DNA of 64,000 bases, from the NCBI GenBank assembly GCA_017517305.1, contig JAFWZV010000011.1, positions 38,192 to 102,191 on the forward strand, read 5' to 3'. The translations under genes and the position numbers were made by a program. The notes below the pieces were generated by a model. It did no database searches, was not told the DNA's origin, and saw nothing but the letters and a program-made list of their open reading frames with translations. Every line of letters begins with the position of its first letter. Within the stretch, counting starts at the first letter, position 1. Source of the stretch: Lachnospiraceae bacterium (GTDB taxonomy: Bacteria; Bacillota; Clostridia; Lachnospirales; Lachnospiraceae). Of this stretch, positions 57,683 through 64,000 are shown piece by piece.

Positions 57683-59227
57683 ATGTTTGAATTAGTTGAA
57701 GGAATGATATTTCATTTATATGCGGAAACTGAGCAGGATGCGGTGGCTCAGGCCAAGGAGTTTTATGGTCAGGGAGGTCATGATAACGATGTTGTGGCTG
57801 TAAATGGTCTCTTAGACGAACCTATTTATTTGAGTAAAAGTACAGCAATGTTAGGTTATTTGAGACAGGATGGATTTGTATATTTTACTCGTAGAATGTT
57901 TAAGGATGCCAGGCTTAATTCTCATCTAGCTATGGGAGGAATTATACCTGCTTTAAATGAATTAGGAGAACCGGTTTGTCTGATTAGAAAAAAGGGACTT
58001 TCTGGTTATGTGCATGACTACACAGCGGTAAATGATGTTATTGATATAAGACCTTTTGAACTTTATGATAATGTTGTGTTAAATGAGATTACTGAGCATG
58101 CATTTATCTTGCTTAAAGATGCCCTTAGTGGATATAGTGGAAAGATTGTCTTAGCAGGAGAGGGCTGGCAGGATTTTAAGAAACTTTTTCCTGAGCGTGA
58201 TGAAATTATATATGTTGACAGCATAGACCAGTTGCCTCCTGATGTAGTTCAGGGTAAAACTATGTATCTTATGGAGTTTATGTCCAACATGGCTGGCTGG
58301 GATCAGCGTGTAAAGGAGGGCTTTTTCTCCTATGATGAGGTTATGAGTGTAGTTTATTGCTTTGCCAAGAGAAAGAGCTATGGTGACAAGCATCCTGATA
58401 AAAAGTTCTTCCTTGTGAACCCGGGCATGACTATGGAGGGATTGATGTCTGTATGTGATAAGGTGCAGACACCATATGCCTATGCAAAGGCAAATGGATT
58501 CATACCGGTTATAAGATTAACTCAGTCAGACAGAAATATATATTCAGATAAGCCAAGAGATGATATTTGGAGTAAGTTTTTTGTTCAGCCTTATGGTGAG
58601 GAGGCAAGTGAGTGGTCAGAGGCTTGTAATGTGTGGGAGTTTCCGTACAGTACCATTACATTTTCAGCTAGATGGCTTATGACTCAGATTGTAAAATGTG
58701 AGCCTGTTAGCTTTATGAATACAAATTTCATTAATGAGAGAGTAAGGGTAGAAATTGACAAGGTTAGGGAGGGTGTACTTCTTGAGCCAGAGAAAACTAT
58801 AGGCGTTTTGATTAGAGGAACAGACTATACAACCAGCGCAGTGCCTGGACATTCTGTTATGGCTACTCCTGAGCAGGTTATGGAGAAAATCCTTGAGCTT
58901 GAAGCTAGTGGTGAATACGGCAACATTTTCTTATCCACAGAGGATGAGGATATATTAGAGAAAATGAAGCAGTTATGCGGAGATAAACTTACATACATTG
59001 ACCAAAAGCGCTTTAAGATTAAAGCTGGAGAGCTACTTGCAGATCAGGCAAAGGAACGAGAAAATGAGGGCTGGCTTAAGGGTAAGGAGTATCTTACAAC
59101 CTTAAAGCTGTTGTCAGAGTGTAAGGCATTTATTGCCTCAGGTGGCTGTTGCGGGACTACCTGTGCACTAAACTCAGGCAAGGATAATTTTAAGGAAAGC
59201 TTCGTGTTTGACTTGGGCAGAAATTAA
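57683..59227 (+). CDS. Unknown N-domain + NodZ/O-fucosyltransferase-like GT-B domain
   Basis: C-terminal IGVLIRGTDY and IFLSTED motifs; LKLLSECKAFIAS. Confidence 0.6.
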   Translation: MFELVEGMIFHLYAETEQDAVAQAKEFYGQGGHDNDVVAVNGLLDEPIYLSKSTAMLGYLRQDGFVYFTRRMFKDARLNSHLAMGGIIPALNELGEPVCLIRKKGLSGYVHDYTAVNDVIDIRPFELYDNVVLNEITEHAFILLKDALSGYSGKIVLAGEGWQDFKKLFPERDEIIYVDSIDQLPPDVVQGKTMYLMEFMSNMAGWDQRVKEGFFSYDEVMSVVYCFAKRKSYGDKHPDKKFFLVNPGMTMEGLMSVCDKVQTPYAYAKANGFIPVIRLTQSDRNIYSDKPRDDIWSKFFVQPYGEEASEWSEACNVWEFPYSTITFSARWLMTQIVKCEPVSFMNTNFINERVRVEIDKVREGVLLEPEKTIGVLIRGTDYTTSAVPGHSVMATPEQVMEKILELEASGEYGNIFLSTEDEDILEKMKQLCGDKLTYIDQKRFKIKAGELLADQAKERENEGWLKGKEYLTTLKLLSECKAFIASGGCCGTTCALNSGKDNFKESFVFDLGRN

Positions 59228-59274
59228 AGGATGAAATAATGGAACCAAGCGCTATGCTATGATGAGGTTTTACT

Positions 59275-61572
59275 ATGGATATAACAACAGAATTCTTGAG
59301 AGATGAGGTGCGAAGTGGCTTTTACATCCCAACTGCTATCAAACAGGCTTGGGCGGTACAGCTTCATATTCTTTCGGAAATAGACAGAATTTGTAGAAAA
59401 TATAATATTACATATTTTGCAGATTGGGGTACTCTCCTTGGCACCATAAGACATGGTGGATATGTGCCTTGGGATGATGATTTGGATATTTGTATGAAAC
59501 GAGAGGATTATAATCGTTTTAGGCAGGTGGCAGACAGAGAGCTTCCCAAAGAGTTTGCAATTCATGATTATGAGCGCAAGGACGGCCATTGGTTGTTCCT
59601 TGCGCGAGTTATTAATAGAAATCAGATTTGCTTTGATAAGGAGCATCTTGATAAGTATTACAATTTTCCCTATATAGCAACTGTAGATATCTTTGTGCTT
59701 GATTACTTGTATAAGGATGAGGAGCAGGAACAAAAAAGGTGTGAAGAGGTAAAATACTTATTGGCATTGGCAGACCTAATTGTTCAGGGAAATAAGACAT
59801 TTTCTGATATGAGCTTAGAGCTTGGCAAGGTGGAGTCAATGTATCACACAACTATAAATCCTACCTTAAGTTCTCGTGATATAGGAATAAGATTATATCA
59901 GATAGCTGAACAACAGATGGCTCGTGTTCCTAAGGAGGAAGCTGATACTATAGGACAGATATTTCCTTGGGTATTAAAGGGAGGGAGGGGACTGCCTAAG
60001 AAATATTATGAGAAAACAGTTCGCCTACCCTTTGAAATGACCACTATGCCGGTACCTGCCTACTATCATCTTGTATTGCAGAATAGATATGGAGATTATT
60101 TTAAGGTGCATAAGGTGTGGGATGGACACGATTATCCATACTTTGAAGGGCAGAGAAGGAATCTTCAGAAGGAGGCAGATTTTGAACTGCCGGAATTTAA
60201 GTTTAATAAGAGTATGTTGCGTCAAAGAGATGCAGAGTCAGATAAATCAGGCTCCCTAAAAATCATATCCGAGGAGTGTGTGGCAGAGCTTGATATGATG
60301 CTTACATCAGTAGAAGGTGGAGTAGAAGGCAAGTTATATGATGAAGTGTTAGCTATTCTACCAGAGTGTCAGCAGCTGGCCATTGACCTAGGAACACTGA
60401 TAGAGAGCGTTAAGGGGGAGAATAACCTTTGTTCTGCTATAGTGGTTTCTTCTTTGGAACAATTTTGTGAGGCACTGTTTGGCGTATATGAAATATTGAC
60501 AGCGGAGGCTGATATAAAAGGTGATTTGCTATCAAAACAGCTTGTGAATCTAAGAGAGACATTTTCTGTAGTTGTACAAGAAGTATCAAGTCAGATAATT
60601 GAGAAAAAAGAAATTCTTTTTGTCACTACAGGTCATAAGCAATGGAGAGGATTTGAGTCCTTGTATGCGGCTGCATCAGCAGAAGCAGAAAATGATATTT
60701 ATGTTGTACCTGTACCGTTACTATGGAAAAATGGATATGGACAGGTTACCATGACGGATGATGAGATTATAGCTGCTGTGAAGAGTGAAGCATATCCTGA
60801 ATATGTAAAGCTGACAGCTTGGAGCTCTTATTCTCTTGAGTTACATCATCCTGACATTATATTTATTCAGGATCCATATGATGGAGAAAATGGTTGCCTT
60901 ACTATTCCCTCTCAATTTTATGCTAAGAATCTTCAGAAATATACTGAAAAGCTGATATATGTGCCTCCATATGTAGTTGAGGAATTTGGGCAAAGGGATA
61001 CCACGGCTTTGTACAATATGAAGCATTATGTGACAGCGCCAGGTGTTGTGTGTGCGGATAATGTTATAGTTCAGTCGGAACATATGAGAAAGCTTTATGT
61101 TGATAAGCTTACAGAATTTGCAGGTGGTGATACAAAAGCTATATGGGAGGAAAAGCTTCTAGCTCTTGGATTGCCTGTGATGGATGTAGAGTATGCAGAT
61201 AAGAAGGATAGTCAGGATAAAAGAATTCTCTTTTGTCTGGGTTGTAATGATTTATCAGAAAGTGAAGTGGATTTTGTATCAAAGCTACAGGATAAGCTAG
61301 CTGTGTTTAAGGCTAATCATGATAAGCTACAGGTTGGAATTTGCATGTATCCGGCAGATATAGAACAATGGAATATGGTTGATGAAGAAAATGTGGTAAG
61401 TAGGGTTGTAGAAGCAATTAAGGAATTATCCATTGAACCATGGTGCTTTATTGTGGACGTAAGCCAGATGGATATGATAGATATTGCAAGGGATTTTGAT
61501 GCCTACTATGGATGCTCATCACCATTGGTGCATATGTTTAATTGTGAACAAAAACCTGTAATGCTATGGTAA
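59275..61572 (+). CDS. LicD-family phosphotransferase fusion (paralog 2)
   Basis: YFADWGTLLGTIRHGGYVPWDDDLDICMKR, VDIFVLD; same C-terminal HPDIIFIQDPYD...FDAYYG domain as 26396-28729. Confidence 0.85.
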   Translation: MDITTEFLRDEVRSGFYIPTAIKQAWAVQLHILSEIDRICRKYNITYFADWGTLLGTIRHGGYVPWDDDLDICMKREDYNRFRQVADRELPKEFAIHDYERKDGHWLFLARVINRNQICFDKEHLDKYYNFPYIATVDIFVLDYLYKDEEQEQKRCEEVKYLLALADLIVQGNKTFSDMSLELGKVESMYHTTINPTLSSRDIGIRLYQIAEQQMARVPKEEADTIGQIFPWVLKGGRGLPKKYYEKTVRLPFEMTTMPVPAYYHLVLQNRYGDYFKVHKVWDGHDYPYFEGQRRNLQKEADFELPEFKFNKSMLRQRDAESDKSGSLKIISEECVAELDMMLTSVEGGVEGKLYDEVLAILPECQQLAIDLGTLIESVKGENNLCSAIVVSSLEQFCEALFGVYEILTAEADIKGDLLSKQLVNLRETFSVVVQEVSSQIIEKKEILFVTTGHKQWRGFESLYAAASAEAENDIYVVPVPLLWKNGYGQVTMTDDEIIAAVKSEAYPEYVKLTAWSSYSLELHHPDIIFIQDPYDGENGCLTIPSQFYAKNLQKYTEKLIYVPPYVVEEFGQRDTTALYNMKHYVTAPGVVCADNVIVQSEHMRKLYVDKLTEFAGGDTKAIWEEKLLALGLPVMDVEYADKKDSQDKRILFCLGCNDLSESEVDFVSKLQDKLAVFKANHDKLQVGICMYPADIEQWNMVDEENVVSRVVEAIKELSIEPWCFIVDVSQMDMIDIARDFDAYYGCSSPLVHMFNCEQKPVMLW

Positions 61573-61706
61573 AAATATAAAAAATACAAAAAATTCTTAC
61601 ACAAAGTTTTTAGTTTGTACATAATTTGTTAAAAATTATGAGTTATACTAAACATAGTTCATTTCATAAATTAAATCTTTTCTTTAAAGGCAGGGAAACC
61701 TGCAGT

Positions 61707-61744
61707 GCAAAAGAGACCGAAATTAAGTTTTCGGTCTCTTTTGC
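61707..61744. terminator. Strong hairpin / terminator closing the glycosylation island
   Basis: gcaaaagagaccgaaa / tttcggtctcttttgc 16-bp perfect IR. Confidence 0.75.
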
Positions 61745-61946
61745 GTTGTAGGGATGTGTATTGCTACCCTAGGTCCGTATATATTCGGCTCTATGGGATA
61801 GGTTATGGAATCTTTGTGCTAAACATAATGAAATAAAAACAAAATTGATTGAAATACCCTTCGATTCGTGATACCCTATCCTTGTTGTAAATAAAAAGAA
61901 AAATAATATAAATATATTTATTAATTATGAAAACGGAGGAAAAATT

Positions 61947-62375
61947 ATGATAGCTTTAGGCTGTGATCACGGTGGTTATGAATTAATGCAGGAGGTTAAG
62001 GCTCATCTTGAGAAGAGAGGCTTTGAATATAAGGATTTTGGATGCTACAGCAATGATTCTGTAGACTATCCAGAGTACGGAAAAAAGGTTGCTCATGCAG
62101 TTGCAGATGGTGAGTGCGAGCTTGGAATTCTTATCTGTGGAACAGGAATCGGAATATCAATTGCTGCAAATAAGGTGAAGGGAATCAGAGCTGCTCTTTG
62201 CGCAGATTGTTTTTCGGCAGCGGCTACAAAGGAGCATAACAATGCAAATATTCTTGCTATGGGCGCTAGAACTACAGGTCCTGGACTTGCACTTAAAATT
62301 GTTGATACATTCCTTGATACACCATTTTCTAATGATGAGAGACATATTAGAAGAATTAATATGATAGAAGAATAA
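61947..62375 (+). CDS. rpiB: Ribose-5-phosphate isomerase B
   Basis: ALGCDHGG, SVDYP, LICGTGIGISIAANKVKGIRAA, HNNANILAMGAR, RHIRRI. Confidence 0.96.
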   Translation: MIALGCDHGGYELMQEVKAHLEKRGFEYKDFGCYSNDSVDYPEYGKKVAHAVADGECELGILICGTGIGISIAANKVKGIRAALCADCFSAAATKEHNNANILAMGARTTGPGLALKIVDTFLDTPFSNDERHIRRINMIEE

Positions 62376-62401
62376 TTTTAAAGGGCTGTGTGCATTTTGC
62401 T

Positions 62402-62480
62402 TTCTTGGCCGGCCTGCCTAGGGTTCCCACCGCGCTGACACTTAAAACGGTCAGCTTAGTGGGACCCTGTCGCGGCCGAA
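62402..62480. repeat. Structured ~80-bp interspersed repeat, copy 3 (inside hairpin 62382-62505)
   Basis: Same core as 21436/21567 with a substituted but still paired inner stem; outer stem agggctgtgtgc/gcacacagccct. Confidence 0.9.
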
Positions 62481-62535
62481 ATAAAGTTTGTTCGCACACA
62501 GCCCTATATTTTATACATTTTTATGATTTCTGGTT

Positions 62536-63687
62536 TTACACCTTTATTACTCGGTGTCCTGCAGCCTTAAGCAGTCGGTTCATAATTGCACCACCCAGTT
62601 CTCCGTCGTTAAAGGCTTCGCTAAATATGTAGTCCACATCAAGCTCATCACATTGTCTTAAAACCTGATAAAGCTTTGCTGCTATGGTTTCTCCTTGGGC
62701 CCTGTTTCCAGCGACCAGTATGTTTTCACAGTTAAATCTATTAGCATTTTCTGAGGTTGTAATAACCGCTACCTGGAAGCCAGCATTTACCTTTTCATCA
62801 ACTAATTCGTTGATTTTTGTTACAATATTATCTATGGACTCTTCTGTAGTTACAGAGTTGTTGGCTTTTTCATGCCCTTGGGTGAAGGTAATACCACTAT
62901 TCTCAAAAGCATCAGACTCCACAATGGTAAGCTCACCCTTAGGAGCATAATGGGTATATTTCATTCCTGGGGCTTTAGGTCTTAAATTAGGATCTGGCTC
63001 TATTAGTGCAGGATCAATAGTTACTTCTCCAACTATCTTCTCCAGCATACTCTTGGTAATAAATCCAGGTCTTAAAATCACAGGTACATCACCAGTCAAA
63101 TCTACTATCGTAGATTCTATTCCAATTCCCACAGCGCCCCCGTCAAGTATCATTTCTATGCGACCATTCATATCCTCCATAACATGCTTAGCCAAGGTAG
63201 GGGATGGTCTGCCAGAGGTATTTGCGCTAGGTGCGGCTATATATAATCCACTTTCTCTGATTAGGCTTAAGGCAACAGGGTGTGATGGCATACGAATTGC
63301 CACAGTGTTAAGTCCACCAGTGGTTCCGTCAGGTACTATGGTCTTTTTGGGTAGGATAATAGTAAGTGGTCCTGGCCAGAATGCCTCCATTAGCATGGTG
63401 GCTTTTTCAGGGACTTCTGTAGCTAACTCATATACATCCTTAGTATCTGCAATATGCACTATAAGAGGATTATCACTAGGTCTCCCCTTGGCGGTGTAGA
63501 TTTTGGCGGCAGCATTTTCGTCTAAAGCATCTCCCCCCAGTCCGTAGACTGTTTCTGTTGGGAATGCTACCAGACCCTTACTTTGTAATATTTTTGCAGC
63601 TTCCTTAACATTTGCAGTGATGTTGCCGTCCATAAGCTTTGTATTTATTAATTTTTCTGAAGTTGTTATTGTTTTTTGATTGGTCAT
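62536..63687 (-). CDS. tsaC: L-threonylcarbamoyladenylate synthase Sua5/TsaC
   Basis: VAFPTETVYGLG, KGRPSDNPLIVH, FWPGPLT, AAPSANTSGRPSPT, GIESTIVD, APGMKYTHYAP, IMNRLLKAA. Confidence 0.96.
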   Translation of the reverse strand: MTNQKTITTSEKLINTKLMDGNITANVKEAAKILQSKGLVAFPTETVYGLGGDALDENAAAKIYTAKGRPSDNPLIVHIADTKDVYELATEVPEKATMLMEAFWPGPLTIILPKKTIVPDGTTGGLNTVAIRMPSHPVALSLIRESGLYIAAPSANTSGRPSPTLAKHVMEDMNGRIEMILDGGAVGIGIESTIVDLTGDVPVILRPGFITKSMLEKIVGEVTIDPALIEPDPNLRPKAPGMKYTHYAPKGELTIVESDAFENSGITFTQGHEKANNSVTTEESIDNIVTKINELVDEKVNAGFQVAVITTSENANRFNCENILVAGNRAQGETIAAKLYQVLRQCDELDVDYIFSEAFNDGELGGAIMNRLLKAAGHRVIKV

Positions 63688-63831
63688 AATAATTTAGTTC
63701 TCCATAAAAATAAATGACTTTATTTATCTTATATTAATGCGAAGGATTTTTCAAACTATTTCGAAAAAAACACACATAAAAAGTCCATTGGATAAGATTT
63801 AAAAATATTTCCCCTTGCGCTAACTATTTCA

Positions 63832-63860
63832 TTGAAAAATAGGGTAAAATCATATATAAT
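63832..63860 (+). promoter_or_regulatory. sigmaA promoter
   Basis: TTGAAA-17 nt-TATAAT. Confidence 0.75.
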
Positions 63861-63897
63861 TAACTTTTAGTGTAGGTAAAAAATGGAGAGGTGTATC

Positions 63898-64000
63898 ATG
63901 AACCAAAACCATAATCAAGTAGTGAAGATGTTATTCCTAATTTCCCAGATAGGAATTACTATGTTGGTCACTATATTTTTGTGTATTGTTATAGGCATGG
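63898..64000 (+). CDS. AtpZ/AtpI-family membrane protein, 3' truncated by window edge (probable start of atp operon)
   Basis: ggagaggtg RBS; MNQNHNQVVKMLFLISQIGITMLVTIFLCIVIGM... Confidence 0.55.
   Translation, partial: MNQNHNQVVKMLFLISQIGITMLVTIFLCIVIGM

Noticed and set aside
59257-59733. 158-aa minus-strand ORF and the other short antisense ORFs in the track (e.g. 9285-9635, 63053-63499)
   Set aside because: Fully overlap well-supported genes on the other strand and have no recognisable motifs
61947-62375. rpiB as part of the glycosylation island
   Set aside because: Separated by a strong terminator and ~370 bp, host-like codon usage, and rpiB commonly neighbours sua5 in Firmicutes; a metabolic link to pentitol/PRPP supply remains possible but unsupported
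1-64000. tRNA, rRNA, intact transposase, integrase or prophage genes
   Set aside because: None recognised on either strand

Overview
Low-GC Clostridia-type chromosomal window; gene order and codon usage suggest Lachnospiraceae (inference). It has three parts. (1) 1-7.5 kb, housekeeping: 3' end of metG, a DUF1624-type membrane protein, a glmS ribozyme with glmS, a lipoprotein, a DivIVA-domain coiled coil with Cys in strict 11-residue register, and an output-less PAS-PocR-GAF-PAS sensor. (2) 7.5-26.3 kb, late flagellar region: mbl-flgF-flgG-flgJ, recD2-comF-yvyF, flgM-flgN-flgK-flgK-flgL-fliW-csrA, flaG-fliD-fliS-fliT and a minimal 270-aa flagellin, with sigma28-type promoters and CsrA sites. 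(3) 26.4-61.6 kb, a ~35 kb glycosylation island bracketed by two paralogous LicD/GT-B fusion genes. It encodes a pseudaminic acid pathway (pseB,F,I,C,G) with no pseH and no recognisable Maf/FlmG. It also carries a VioB-like acyltransferase with MaoC, a broken formyltransferase beside a ghost pseC start, and an ACP-dependent acyl cassette (adenylation enzyme, VOC, cyclase, ACP, methyltransferase, AAC(3)-fold acyltransferase, DmpG-like aldolase, DUF4910). The island further holds several GTs, two HAD+PRT-like proteins resembling ribofuranosyltransferases, and a CDP-alditol module. No flippase, ABC exporter or initiating transferase is visible. The window ends with rpiB, sua5/tsaC and the start of an atpZ/I-like gene. 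A three-copy ~80-bp structured repeat with compensatory changes and a second nested-hairpin element lie in intergenic spaces. All calls rest on motif recognition by eye; no database search was run.
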